Assembly (NCBI GenBank): GCA_963785725.1
Contig: CAWAWS010000016.1
Span: 256,001 to 320,000, forward strand
Direction: 5' to 3'
Length of the DNA stretch: 64,000 bases
Source of the DNA: an uncultured delta proteobacterium
GTDB taxonomy: Bacteria > Myxococcota_A > Polyangia > Palsa-1104
Shown here: positions 17,621 to 27,149 of the stretch, in pieces
How the letters are laid out: each line of letters opens with the position of its first letter
Position numbering within the stretch: position 1 is the first letter of the stretch
Notes under the pieces: model-generated
Seen by the model: the letters and a program-made list of their open reading frames with translations, nothing else
Told to the model about the DNA's origin: nothing
Database searches by the model: none
Program-made: the position numbers and the translations under genes

Positions 17621-18436
17621 CTACTTCGCCAAGTGCACGGCGATGGCGTCGACGAACTGGTCGTGCGACACGCCCGCCGCCCCGTTCACCGCCCGACTGG
17701 AGGTGGCGATGTGCAGGTAAAAGATCGGCGGATACACCGGGATCACGACGGCAACGAAGATCGGCTGGACGATGATCGGATCGACGACGATCGGCGCCGG
17801 CGGTGCCGGCGGAGTGCCGCCGGTATCGCCGCTGTCGGCGCCACCGCTGTCGCCGCTGTCGGCGCCGCCGCTGTCGCCGCTGTCGGCGCCACCTTCGTCT
17901 CCAGCGCCGTCGTCACCGCCGCCGCCGCCGTCCTCGACGCACGTCGCGCAATAGTCGTCGGCGTGCACGCCCGCGCCCTTGTGCGCCTGCGCCGCCCGCT
18001 TCTGCAGCTTGCGCGCCGAGGCCTGCGCCAGCTTGCCCGCCGCGTCGAGCGACCGCTCGATGCGCAGGCGATCCCCGCTCTCCATGTCGGCCTTGAAGTC
18101 CGCGAAGAACGCCGGCTGCTGCGCGCGCATCTGACGCACCAGCCCCATGAGCTGCGTCTTGGCCTTGGCCAGCTGCTGCGCGTCCGGAACCGCGTGCTCG
18201 AGCTTCTGCGCGCTACCGATCTCGGGCAGCGCGTCGGCCACGCGGCCGCTACCGAACGCGATGCCGAGAAAGAGCTCTTCGCCCGTGTAATCCGGCCGCG
18301 CCGTCGCCGGCTGTGCCGCCGTCGCCGCCGCCTGCTGCGCGACGACCGTGCTCTCGGAGCCGCCCGGCGCCACGCCGCAACCGAGCGCGAACGACAGCGC
18401 CAGCGCGCCGAAGGTCCATTTATAGCTTCTCTTCAT
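17621..18436 (-). CDS. SdpC-family toxin precursor 2
   Basis: Lipobox FALGC; YTGEELFLGIAFGSGRVADALPEI; FFADFKADMESGD; C-terminal DQFVDAIAVHL; adjacent to sdpAB. Confidence 0.8.
   Translation of the reverse strand: MKRSYKWTFGALALSFALGCGVAPGGSESTVVAQQAAATAAQPATARPDYTGEELFLGIAFGSGRVADALPEIGSAQKLEHAVPDAQQLAKAKTQLMGLVRQMRAQQPAFFADFKADMESGDRLRIERSLDAAGKLAQASARKLQKRAAQAHKGAGVHADDYCATCVEDGGGGGDDGAGDEGGADSGDSGGADSGDSGGADSGDTGGTPPAPPAPIVVDPIIVQPIFVAVVIPVYPPIFYLHIATSSRAVNGAAGVSHDQFVDAIAVHLAK
17826..17893. repeat. 24-nt in-frame tandem repeat (about 2.8 copies, GGADSGDS)
   Basis: TCGCCGCTGTCGGCGCC(A/G)CCGCTG units at 17826, 17850, 17874. Confidence 0.85.
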
Positions 18437-18440
18437 TGAC

Positions 18441-19400
18441 TCAGTTCCCCTGATTCTGGTTAGCGACGAGGTGCACCGCGATCGAGTGGACGAGCTGCTC
18501 CTGGATGAGCGACGACTCGGGGACGCCGTTCTTGTAGGCCGGCAGCGCCACCACCGCCGCCAGCGCCGCCGCGACCACCGACGCGACCGAGATGTTGTGC
18601 ACGAGCGCGATGTGGACCGCGGCCGCGACCGCCACCCACAGCACGACCGCCGCCGACTTGTAGATGAGCGACAGGCCAGCCACCGGGCCGGTGCCATCGT
18701 CGCCGCCGCCGCCGTCGTCGGCCGTGCCGTCGTCGCCGCCGTCGTCGGCGCTGCCGTCATCGGCGCCGCCACCGTCGTCGCTGCCGCCGCTGCCGCCGTC
18801 CTCGACGCACGTCGCGCAATAGTCGTCGGCGTGCACGCCGCCTTTGCCGTGCATCGCGACGAGGTGCTCCTGCGTCTTCGACTTCAGCTCGGCGAAGGTC
18901 TGCGGCTCCTTGCCGTCCAAGCCCAGCTCCGCCGGCGACATCTTGGCCAGCCGCGCCTTGGCCGCCTTCGTCCCCGGCAGCCCGTCGACCGCCGCCTGCG
19001 TCACCAGGCCGGCGTCCCACAGGCCCTTTTGGATGACCAGGTGATCGCCGCTCTCCATCTGCGCCTTGAACGCGTCGAAGAACTCCGGCTTGGAGCTGCG
19101 CACGAGCGCCACGATCTTGTCCTCGGCGCGCCGCACGGTCGCCAGCGTCTTCGGCGAGGTCTGGAAGTTCTCCAGCTTCAGGTTGTCGCGAATCTCGGGG
19201 ATCGCGTCAGCCACCGGGCCGTGCAAGAGCATGATGCCGCGATAGAGCTGCTCGCCGGTATAACCCGACGTCGCCGCCGTCGTCGCTGCCGCCGCCGTGG
19301 GCGCGACCGCTGCTGACCCGGAGCCGGGCTGTCCCACGCATCCGACCATGACGACCGCCAAGATGGGCGCCGTCAGTGCTGCTACTTTCCAATGTTCCAT
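18441..19400 (-). CDS. SdpC-family toxin precursor 1
   Basis: GGAGG RBS; lipobox VMVGC; YTGEQLYRGIMLLHGPVADAIPEI; FFDAFKAQMESGD; Ala/Val-rich core; EQLVHSIAVHL. Confidence 0.82.
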   Translation of the reverse strand: MEHWKVAALTAPILAVVMVGCVGQPGSGSAAVAPTAAAATTAATSGYTGEQLYRGIMLLHGPVADAIPEIRDNLKLENFQTSPKTLATVRRAEDKIVALVRSSKPEFFDAFKAQMESGDHLVIQKGLWDAGLVTQAAVDGLPGTKAAKARLAKMSPAELGLDGKEPQTFAELKSKTQEHLVAMHGKGGVHADDYCATCVEDGGSGGSDDGGGADDGSADDGGDDGTADDGGGGDDGTGPVAGLSLIYKSAAVVLWVAVAAAVHIALVHNISVASVVAAALAAVVALPAYKNGVPESSLIQEQLVHSIAVHLVANQNQGN

Positions 19401-19462
19401 TCGTCCGTCCTCCGCTTTGCGTTGCGCGCGCGGCTGCATTCGCCGCGAGCGTGCGACCGCAC

Positions 19463-19478
19463 TTCAACCGCCGTGCCA
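19463..19478 (-). promoter_or_regulatory. Candidate sigma54 promoter of the Sdp-like operon
   Basis: TGGCACG-GCGG-TTGAA: perfect -24 box, -12 GA instead of GC. Confidence 0.55.
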
Positions 19479-19642
19479 CGACGCGTTTACCGTCGCTGAC
19501 AGCGGCCGAGCAGCGCATACGCGCGGGTCCACGTGCGCAAGATCACACGCGCTGCCGCCGCGGCTCGAGCAGGTCCGATTCGTCGACGGGAATGGCCGCA
19601 GAGACGCGGCGCGGATGGGGCGACGGCGAACGAAGACCCACC

Positions 19643-19676
19643 GTCCCATGAGACTGTCGCGGGACTGTCCCGCGTC
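19643..19676. promoter_or_regulatory. Palindrome/direct repeat, candidate activator binding site
   Basis: CGCGGGAC-T-GTCCCGCG (19658-19674); GACTGTC twice, 11 bp apart. Confidence 0.4.
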
Positions 19677-19714
19677 AGCGGTCGCGCGCGCCCCGGACGA
19701 TCACGCTGAAGCGA

Positions 19715-20587
19715 CTAGAGCGCGCGCAGCAGCCGCTCGAGCTCGACGCGCATCGCGGCCGGCGACTGCGCGTGGAAGCGGCGGCCATGGCCGGGCAAGA
19801 TCGTGTGGAACGAATACTGAAGTAACCGCTTCAGTGATTGCAGCTGCTCCGTCCACGAGTACCAGCAGACGTCGCGGCCGGCGTCGAGACGGCCGAGCTC
19901 GTCGTCCCACCAGACGTGGTCGCCGGTGAAGAGCACGCCGTCGTGCAGGAGCGCCAGCGAGCCGCGCGTGTGGCCGGGCACGGGAATGAGCAGCAGATCG
20001 TCGGCGAGCGCGATGGGATCGGCGCCGTCGACGCGCTGCTCGATGGCGAGCCGGCCGGCATCGGCGGCGTGCATGACGCGCGTACAGCCGAAGCGGCGCG
20101 CCAGCTGCTCGTGGTCGGCGACGTCGTCGCGATGGGTGAGCACCAGCTGCGCGACGCCGCCGAGCGCCGCCAGTCGCGCCATGAGCGGACGCGCGGCGCG
20201 CGGCGAATCGACGAGCACATTGCCGCGCGCGCGGACGATGAGGTACGAGGCGGCGCCGTAGGAGTCGGCGCTGTGGTAGCCGCAGTAGTAGATGTCGCCG
20301 TCGCCGATGCGCTCGGGAAAGCGGGCGGCGGCGGCGCGCGCGGCGCCGGCTTTGGCCAGCGGCTGCGCGCCGATGCTGGCCGTCGGGCAGGCGACGAGCG
20401 CCATGAGCGCGCGCTCGGTGGCGGCGGCGTCGCCGTCGTCGGGCTGCGCGGCGACGATGGATTGGTCACCCGCGCGCGCGAAGACCTGCGGCGCCAGCTG
20501 GCGGCAGGCGTCGCAGTCGATGCAGCTGTCGTCGACGAAGAAGCGGCCGGGCGCATTGCCAAAGAGCCGATGAGCGACGCGCGCCAT
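19715..20587 (-). CDS. Ferredoxin-fused MBL-fold metallohydrolase
   Basis: CIDCDAC...CP; THRDDVADH, PGHTRGS, FTGDH, LPGHG. Confidence 0.88.
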   Translation of the reverse strand: MARVAHRLFGNAPGRFFVDDSCIDCDACRQLAPQVFARAGDQSIVAAQPDDGDAAATERALMALVACPTASIGAQPLAKAGAARAAAARFPERIGDGDIYYCGYHSADSYGAASYLIVRARGNVLVDSPRAARPLMARLAALGGVAQLVLTHRDDVADHEQLARRFGCTRVMHAADAGRLAIEQRVDGADPIALADDLLLIPVPGHTRGSLALLHDGVLFTGDHVWWDDELGRLDAGRDVCWYSWTEQLQSLKRLLQYSFHTILPGHGRRFHAQSPAAMRVELERLLRAL

Positions 20588-20635
20588 CTCCCGAATGTAG
20601 CGCCGGGCTACGCGTTGCGCACGTCGAACGAGCCG

Positions 20636-21412
20636 CTACTTCTCGACCACCGTCCCATGGGCGCGCTTGACCAAGGTGTCGACGATGTAGCTCGCCACCT
20701 GCGACGGCTTCGTCCCGGGACCGAACCCCGCGTCGTAGCCGAGCTCGCGCGCCAGCTTGTGGTCGATGCGCGGCCCGCCGAGCAGGAAGATGAGATCGCG
20801 CATGCCGTTCTTGCGCGCCAGCTCGATCAGCTGCTGCGAGTTCTCGATGTGCAGATCGCGCTGCGTCATGATCTGCGACACCAGCACCGCATCCGCGTTC
20901 AGCTCTTTGGCGCGCGCCAACAGGGCCGCGTTGTCGACCTGCGCGCCCAAGTTGTAGGCGTCCATCCACGGATAGGCCTCGAGGCCCTTGTCGCCGGCAT
21001 AGCCCTTCATGTTCAAGATGGCGTCGATGCCGACGGTGTGCGCGTCCGAGCCGGTGCAGGCGCCGACGACGACGACCTTGCGATGCAGCTCCTCGTGGAT
21101 GAGATGGTTGATCTCTTTGAAGCCCCACGCAGGCACCGTCACCTCCGGCACCTCGATCTCGCTGTAGTCGAGCTGCACGTCGGCGTTGGCGTAGACGACG
21201 AAGAAGCTGAAGCTGGCGCCGGCCTGCTCCATCGTCGCCACCAGCACGTTCTTCAGGCCCAACTCGACGGCGAAGCGGCGCGCGGCCTCTTTGGCGCGGC
21301 CCGACGGCGGCACCGGCAAGGTGAAGCTCAGCTGGATGCGGCCGTCGTCTTTGCGGTCGCCGTAGGCGCGGATCATCTCCGGCGGACGCTTGTGCGGCGC
21401 GGTGTCAGACAT
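20636..21412 (-). CDS. kamE: Lysine 5,6-aminomutase beta (B12-binding) subunit
   Basis: YGDRKDDGRIQLSFTLP; DAHTVGIDAILNMKG (DxHxxG). Confidence 0.92.
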   Translation of the reverse strand: MSDTAPHKRPPEMIRAYGDRKDDGRIQLSFTLPVPPSGRAKEAARRFAVELGLKNVLVATMEQAGASFSFFVVYANADVQLDYSEIEVPEVTVPAWGFKEINHLIHEELHRKVVVVGACTGSDAHTVGIDAILNMKGYAGDKGLEAYPWMDAYNLGAQVDNAALLARAKELNADAVLVSQIMTQRDLHIENSQQLIELARKNGMRDLIFLLGGPRIDHKLARELGYDAGFGPGTKPSQVASYIVDTLVKRAHGTVVEK

Positions 21413-22961
21413 GGCGGCCCTCCTCCAGCACGTCGAGGATCGGGTTGACGTAATCGGCCGCCTTCTCGACGACGCCGGCCAAGCCGCGCCCGCCCTTCTC
21501 CGGCCGCTTGACGTCGGCGAAGGCGCCGCGACCGATGGCCGCGAACATGCCCTCGGCCTGCACCTCGCCGAGCAAGGTCTTGGCCTCGTCGAGCACGAGC
21601 TTGGCGCGCGCGACGATGCGACCCGCCGGATTCCAGATGATCTCTTCCGACAGGTGGCGCGCGGCGTTGAAGACGTACTCGGCGCCTTTGATCGCGCAGA
21701 AGCGATCTTGCAGGAGCGGCGTGTGAATCGACTCCGTCATCATGCCGAGCAGCTCGATCGACTGCTCGGTGGCGACGCCGACGAGATCGTACAGACCGTC
21801 GACGCGATGGCTCCAGAAGATGTCGCCCGATTTGTGCTTCGTCGACGGCATCCACTTGATCGGATGCTTCGGGAAGATCTGCCGCACCAGCTGCGCCTGC
21901 GCCATCTCCATCAAGAACGAGTCTTCGATCGACTTGTCGATCTCGAAGGCGTGGCCGAGGCCCATTTGCTCTTCGGGCAGGCCGGCGCGCAGGGCGAAGG
22001 CCTCGTTGATGAACTGCGAGGCGAAGACCGTGTGCGCCTTGTCGATGGCGTCGGCGGTCGTCAGGTAATTGTCCTCGCCGGTGTTGATGATGATGCCGGC
22101 GCGGGCGATCATGCGACGCGAGAAATATTGATCGCAGAGCGTGCGCCGCGGGTTGATGTCGCGAAACAGGATGCCGTACATGGCGTCGTTGAGCAGCATG
22201 TCGAGCCGCTCGACCGCGCCCAGATAGGCGATCTCCGGCATGCACAAGCCGGACGAGTAGTTCACCTGCATCAAGTAGCGCCCGAGCTTCTCCTGCTCGT
22301 CGTCGAGGGCGCTGCGCACGATCTTGAAGTTCTCCTGCGTCGCCCAGGTGCCGCCGAAGCCTTCGGTGGTCGCGCCGTAGGGCACGTAGTCGATGAGCGA
22401 CTGCGCGGTCGAGCGGATGACGGCGATGACGTCGGCGCCCGCCTGCGCCGCGGCGCGCGCTTGATCGGCGTCGTCGTAGATGTTGCCGGTGGCGACGATG
22501 ACGTACTTCCACGGAATGGGCCCGGTGCCGAGCCGCTCGCGATCGCTCTTGCGCTTGTCGCGCGCGCGGTCGATGCGCTCGATCGCCGCTTTGGTGTGCG
22601 GCGCGAGCGCGGCGTGCACGTCGGCGAGGCTCGGTCCGCCGGCGCCGGAGTCGACTTCGCTGCCGTAGGCGAGCGCTTCGGCGGCCTCTTGCGGATCGGC
22701 GGCGCCACGAGCGAGCGCTCGGCCGAGCCACCAGGCGATGCCGTGACCGAGGCCGCCCGAGGCCAAGTAACGGTCGACGCAGCTGTTGACGAGCGGCACG
22801 CCTTCGGCGTCGGCACCGTCGATGCCGTAGGCGCGCAGGACCGTGCGTTCGATGGAGACCGTGGTGTGAGCGTCGATGAAGCGCTGCACCCCGCCGGCGA
22901 TATCTCCGGCGAGGCGGCGACAGTCGTCGACAATCGCGTTATCGATGGGGAGCGGATGCAC
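21405..22961 (-). CDS. kamD: Lysine 5,6-aminomutase alpha subunit
   Basis: HTTVSIER, YVIVATGNIYDD, NYSSGLCMPEIA, INTGEDNYLTTADA. Confidence 0.93.
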   Translation of the reverse strand: MHPLPIDNAIVDDCRRLAGDIAGGVQRFIDAHTTVSIERTVLRAYGIDGADAEGVPLVNSCVDRYLASGGLGHGIAWWLGRALARGAADPQEAAEALAYGSEVDSGAGGPSLADVHAALAPHTKAAIERIDRARDKRKSDRERLGTGPIPWKYVIVATGNIYDDADQARAAAQAGADVIAVIRSTAQSLIDYVPYGATTEGFGGTWATQENFKIVRSALDDEQEKLGRYLMQVNYSSGLCMPEIAYLGAVERLDMLLNDAMYGILFRDINPRRTLCDQYFSRRMIARAGIIINTGEDNYLTTADAIDKAHTVFASQFINEAFALRAGLPEEQMGLGHAFEIDKSIEDSFLMEMAQAQLVRQIFPKHPIKWMPSTKHKSGDIFWSHRVDGLYDLVGVATEQSIELLGMMTESIHTPLLQDRFCAIKGAEYVFNAARHLSEEIIWNPAGRIVARAKLVLDEAKTLLGEVQAEGMFAAIGRGAFADVKRPEKGGRGLAGVVEKAADYVNPILDVLEEGRHV

Positions 22962-23017
22962 GAGCGCAATCTATCCTCGCCTTGCCGAAGACTCAACCTC
23001 GGCCACAATTTCCGACG

Positions 23018-23533
23018 ATGGACGTCTCTACGGCGCTGCCCTTACTGCGCGAGCACTATGGCAAGGTCAACGGCGAGAAGTTCGATCGCATCTTGCCGGC
23101 CGACTACGACATCGCCTTCAATCCGCTGTTACGCCGGCTGACGGGGCGCATCACGTACAGCCAGCGGCTCATCGAGATCTCGGCGTTTCACTTCCGCGAA
23201 TATGGCTTCGCCGACGCCGTGCAGACGCTCGAGCACGAGCTCTTGCATCTGTATTTGCACACGCTCGGCAAGCCGTCGGGGCACAACGCGCTGTTCAAGG
23301 CGGCGGCGCGCGATCTCGGCATTCGCGTGTTTCACGCCAACCCGTATCCGCAGAATCGCTCGCCGCGGCACCGCTATCTGTACGAGTGCCCGTCGTGCCG
23401 GCGCATGGTCTTTCGCAAGCGGCCGCAAGATCGCCACGCCATCGCCTGCGGCGTCTGCTGCCGCGAATTGGCGGGCGGCGTCTGGGATCCGCGCTTTACG
23501 CTGCAGCTCGTCGAGAAAGTGAAGCTGGCTTAG
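23018..23533 (+). CDS. SprT-like zinc metalloprotein
   Basis: TLEHELLH...GH...F, CPSC...CGVC. Confidence 0.85.
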   Translation: MDVSTALPLLREHYGKVNGEKFDRILPADYDIAFNPLLRRLTGRITYSQRLIEISAFHFREYGFADAVQTLEHELLHLYLHTLGKPSGHNALFKAAARDLGIRVFHANPYPQNRSPRHRYLYECPSCRRMVFRKRPQDRHAIACGVCCRELAGGVWDPRFTLQLVEKVKLA

Positions 23534-23536
23534 CCG

Positions 23537-24370
23537 CTACGTCCGATTGCGCGGCAGGCCGAGCTCGTCGAAGCGCGACATCACCTGCTGCAGATCGTTC
23601 CACACTTCGCGCTTGGCCGACGGCGTGCGCAATAGGAACGCCGGATGGTACGTCGGCATGAGCGGGATGCCTTCGTACTCGCGCCAGGAGCCGCGCAGCC
23701 GCGAGATCGGCGCGTCCGAGCGCAACAGGCACTGCGCCGCGAACTTGCCGAGCGCGACGATCATGCGCGGGCGAATCGCCGCCAGCTGCTTCTTCAGGAA
23801 CGGCTCGCACTGCAAGATCTCGTCGGGCTCGGGGTTGCGATTGCCCGGCGGACGGCACTTCAAGATGTTGCAGATGTAGACGTCCGAGCGACCGAGCCCC
23901 ATCGCTTCGATCATCTTCGTGAGCAGCTGACCGGCGGCGCCGACGAACGGCTCGCCGGTGCGATCCTCGTCGGCGCCGGGCGCTTCGCCGACGAAGACGA
24001 GCGCGGCATCGGGGTTGCCGACGCCCCAGACGAGGTTGGTGCGTTTGGGGGCGAGCTTGCAGCGCTGGCAGTCGCCGAGCTCGTCGCGCGCGACCTGCAA
24101 CGCGGCCGCGCCGACGCCGAGCGCGCGCGGCTCGTAGACAATGCGTGGCGCCGGTGCCGACGCCGGCTCGCTTGGCCTGGCCGGGGCCGACGTCGGCGCC
24201 TCGGCCGCACGCCTCGTGGCGGCGACCGGCGCCGGCGCGACCGACGGCGGCGCCGGCGGCACACCGACGACGCCGCCGCGCTCGAGCCAGGCGACGTGCT
24301 CTTTGACCTGCCGGGTCAACGCCAGCAGCTCGGCGCGCGCGCTCGGCTGATTCGCGTCGTCGGCGCTCAC
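23537..24370 (-). CDS. Uracil-DNA glycosylase family 4 (4Fe-4S)
   Basis: [32 protein letters not shown]. Confidence 0.93.
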   Translation of the reverse strand: MSADDANQPSARAELLALTRQVKEHVAWLERGGVVGVPPAPPSVAPAPVAATRRAAEAPTSAPARPSEPASAPAPRIVYEPRALGVGAAALQVARDELGDCQRCKLAPKRTNLVWGVGNPDAALVFVGEAPGADEDRTGEPFVGAAGQLLTKMIEAMGLGRSDVYICNILKCRPPGNRNPEPDEILQCEPFLKKQLAAIRPRMIVALGKFAAQCLLRSDAPISRLRGSWREYEGIPLMPTYHPAFLLRTPSAKREVWNDLQQVMSRFDELGLPRNRT

Positions 24371-25578
24371 GCCACGGCCTCGGTCGGTCCGAGGAGGCGC
24401 GCCGCGCGATCGAGGATGCGATCGGCCACTTCATCCTTCGTCAGCTGCGGCAACGACTCGACCGCGCCGTCACGCCCGACGATGAGGACGCGATTGGTGT
24501 CGGTGCCGAAGCCGCTGCCCGCCTCCGAGACGTCGTTGGCGACGATGAGATCGCAGCCTTTGGCGCGCAGCTTGGCCGTGGCGTGGCGCTCGACGTCTTC
24601 GGTCTCGGCCGCAAAGCCGACGACGACCGGCGCGCGGCCGGCCAGCTCGGCGAGAATGTCGGGATTGCGCGTCAGCAGGAGCGACGGCGCGTCCCCGAGC
24701 GCGTCCTTCTTCAGCTTGTGCGGCGCCACGTCCGCCGGTCGATAGTCGCCGACCGCCGCGGTCATGACGATGAGCGCCTGCCCCTCGGCGTGCGCCAGCG
24801 TCGCCTCGCGCATCTGCAGCGCGGTCTCGACGTCGACGCGCCTGACGCCCGGCGGGGTCGCCAGCGCGACCGGGCCGGCCACGAGCGTCACCTGCGCGCC
24901 CCGCCGCGCCGCCTGGCGGGCGATGGCGAAGCCCATCTTGCCCGTCGAGCGGTTACCCACGAAGCGCACGGGGTCGATGGGCTCGAACGTCGGTCCGGCG
25001 GTGACGAGCACGCGGCGCCCCTGCCAATCGCGGCGACCGAGCGCCTGCACGCAGGCGGCGGCGATGTCGGCCGCCTCCATCATGCGCCCCTGCCCGACCC
25101 AGCCGCAGGCCAGCTCGCCCGCATCGGGGCCGCACGTCGACACGCCGCGCTCGACGAGCACGCGCAGATTCGCCTGCGTCGCCGGGTGCTGCCACATGTT
25201 GACGTTCATCGCCGGCGCCAGCAGCAGCGGCGCGCGACAGGCCAGCGCCACCGTCGACAAGAGATCGTTCGCCAGCCCGTGCGCCAGCCGCGCGATGATG
25301 TCGGCCGTCGCCGGCGCAATGACGAGCAGCTCGGCCCAATCGGCCACTTGGATGTGCCCGATCGTCTGCTCCTGCGACAGATCGAACGTGTCCGTCGCAA
25401 CCGGCTGCTGCGACAGCGACTGCAAGGTCAACGGCGTGATGAACGCTTGCGCCGCCTCGGTCATGACCACGCGCACCGACGCGCCCAGCTTGACGAGCGC
25501 GCGCACCAGCTCCGCCGCTTTGTAGGCCGCGATGCCGCCCGCGACTCCGACGACGATGCGGCGCCCGTTCAGCTCCAT
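24367..25578 (-). CDS. coaBC: Bifunctional PPC decarboxylase / PPC ligase
   Basis: [47 protein letters not shown]. Confidence 0.96.
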   Translation of the reverse strand: MELNGRRIVVGVAGGIAAYKAAELVRALVKLGASVRVVMTEAAQAFITPLTLQSLSQQPVATDTFDLSQEQTIGHIQVADWAELLVIAPATADIIARLAHGLANDLLSTVALACRAPLLLAPAMNVNMWQHPATQANLRVLVERGVSTCGPDAGELACGWVGQGRMMEAADIAAACVQALGRRDWQGRRVLVTAGPTFEPIDPVRFVGNRSTGKMGFAIARQAARRGAQVTLVAGPVALATPPGVRRVDVETALQMREATLAHAEGQALIVMTAAVGDYRPADVAPHKLKKDALGDAPSLLLTRNPDILAELAGRAPVVVGFAAETEDVERHATAKLRAKGCDLIVANDVSEAGSGFGTDTNRVLIVGRDGAVESLPQLTKDEVADRILDRAARLLGPTEAVA

Positions 25579-25602
25579 ATGCCGAACCTAGCATCGGCGC
25601 GG

Positions 25603-26523
25603 TCAACGCGCGAGGCCCAAGCCGCCGCGCGCGACCACGAAGACGCGCCACGCGGGCGCGCCGACATCGCGGTCGAGCCCGCCGCCGGCGCCGGCGTCGA
25701 AGGCGACCCAGCGCGACGTCACGCGCAGCGCGCCGCGCAGCTCGGCCGGCCGCGTGTACGTGAACTCACCGACGGCGCCTTCGGCTTCGAGGACGGCGGC
25801 CAAGCCCGCGCGCGGCCGCGTCACGATCGCCACCGCCGCCGCCGCGCCCCAGGTCAGCTCGTCGCCGAATTTGGTGGTGAGCAGCGTGCGATCGGGCGCG
25901 AAGCGCACGCCCAACGTCGCGCCCAAGGTCAAGCGGCCGCTGCGCCAGTCGACGACCAGGCGCGGCTCGATCGTCGCGCCCGCCGTCGCCGCGAAGTCGT
26001 GCTGGCCCGACGCCGGCGCCGTCAGCTGCAGCTGCAGCGCCGCGTGGAAGCCGTCGGCCGCGGGGTTGCCGGCCAAGAGCGCCTTCACCCGCAGGCGCAC
26101 GTCGCCCGCCGCCGCCGCCGCCAGCGGCGTGTCGTCGACGCCGAGGCCGCGCAGCCGATCGCCGTCTTGGAACAGCACGACCGGCATGCCGATCGCCACC
26201 GCCAGCCGCTTCCAGATGCCGAACTCGAGGCCGACATCGAGCACCAGCGCGTCCTTCACCGGGTAGGTCACGATCCCGGTCGCCGGCGAGAGCCGAATCG
26301 GATCGCGGCCGAGATCGAGCGCGACCACCCACGACACGGCGCCGGCGGCGGTCGTGGGCGCGCCTTCGATGCCGACGAACGAGCCCGGCCCGACGGCGGG
26401 CGTGAAGCGATCGGCGACGATGCCGGTCGAGGTCGTCGCGGTCGTCGACGGCGGCGTCGTTTGCGCGCGGACGCTCGCTGACGCCGCGCACAAAAGCAGC
26501 GCCACCGCCAGCGCGCGCGTCAT
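25603..26523 (-). CDS. Outer-membrane beta-barrel-like protein
   Basis: Signal peptide; DRFTPA, GDVRLRVK, APAWRVFV amphipathic strands. Confidence 0.6.
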   Translation of the reverse strand: MTRALAVALLLCAASASVRAQTTPPSTTATTSTGIVADRFTPAVGPGSFVGIEGAPTTAAGAVSWVVALDLGRDPIRLSPATGIVTYPVKDALVLDVGLEFGIWKRLAVAIGMPVVLFQDGDRLRGLGVDDTPLAAAAAGDVRLRVKALLAGNPAADGFHAALQLQLTAPASGQHDFAATAGATIEPRLVVDWRSGRLTLGATLGVRFAPDRTLLTTKFGDELTWGAAAAVAIVTRPRAGLAAVLEAEGAVGEFTYTRPAELRGALRVTSRWVAFDAGAGGGLDRDVGAPAWRVFVVARGGLGLAR

Positions 26524-27149
26524 CCGTCCTTGTAGATCTTGTCGGCGGCGACGTGCTGATAGCGCAGCGCCTTCAAGTGCAGGCGCAACAGGTGAAACAG
26601 CAGCTCGGCCCGCGATTCACCGGCTTTGCGCGCCAGCTCCGCGTGTCGCTTGAGCTCGGGTCGTGCCTCGCGCGGGTGAAACTGAAAGGCGCGCGTGAAC
26701 AGAATCTGCGGCGGCGTCACCGGGTTGGCCACGAGCCGCACTTCCAAGATCTCGCTCGGCTCGACGCCCGGCAGCCGCCGCCGCTCGGTGACCGAGAAGG
26801 CGCCGCCACCGACGAGATCGTCGAGCAGAATCTCGCCCTCACGCACCTCGCGCACTTCGAACAGCGAGCGATGCGTGGTCGCCAGCGCGTGCACCCACGC
26901 GCGGTCGAGCTCGTCGAGCGGCTTGTCGGCGTGGGCCTCGGTCAGAAAGCGCGTGGCCGGCAATTTGCCGTCGCTGGCCGGCCGTTCGAGCGCGTACCAC
27001 TCGAGGAACGCCGTCGTCCGCTCTTCGTAGAGCGCGTCGTCGTGAAAGACGCGGCCGGCCTTCTCCGCCCACTCCTCGCGCGCCCGCACCAGCTCGGCCT
27101 CGTCGCGCGCCGCGAAGGCGATGACGCGGTCGAGCATGTCGGCGAGCAT
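26520..27149 (-). CDS. Hypothetical protein
   Basis: Coupled to carA (TGATG) and to the downstream gene (ATGA); FLEWYALER, SLFEVREV. Confidence 0.7.
   Translation of the reverse strand: MLADMLDRVIAFAARDEAELVRAREEWAEKAGRVFHDDALYEERTTAFLEWYALERPASDGKLPATRFLTEAHADKPLDELDRAWVHALATTHRSLFEVREVREGEILLDDLVGGGAFSVTERRRLPGVEPSEILEVRLVANPVTPPQILFTRAFQFHPREARPELKRHAELARKAGESRAELLFHLLRLHLKALRYQHVAADKIYKDG

Noticed and set aside
17826..17893. CRISPR-like repeat
   Set aside because: In-frame coding tandem repeat with no spacers and no cas genes
17935..17955. CATC in the precursors as a heme c site
   Set aside because: Motif is CATCV, with no His after the second Cys
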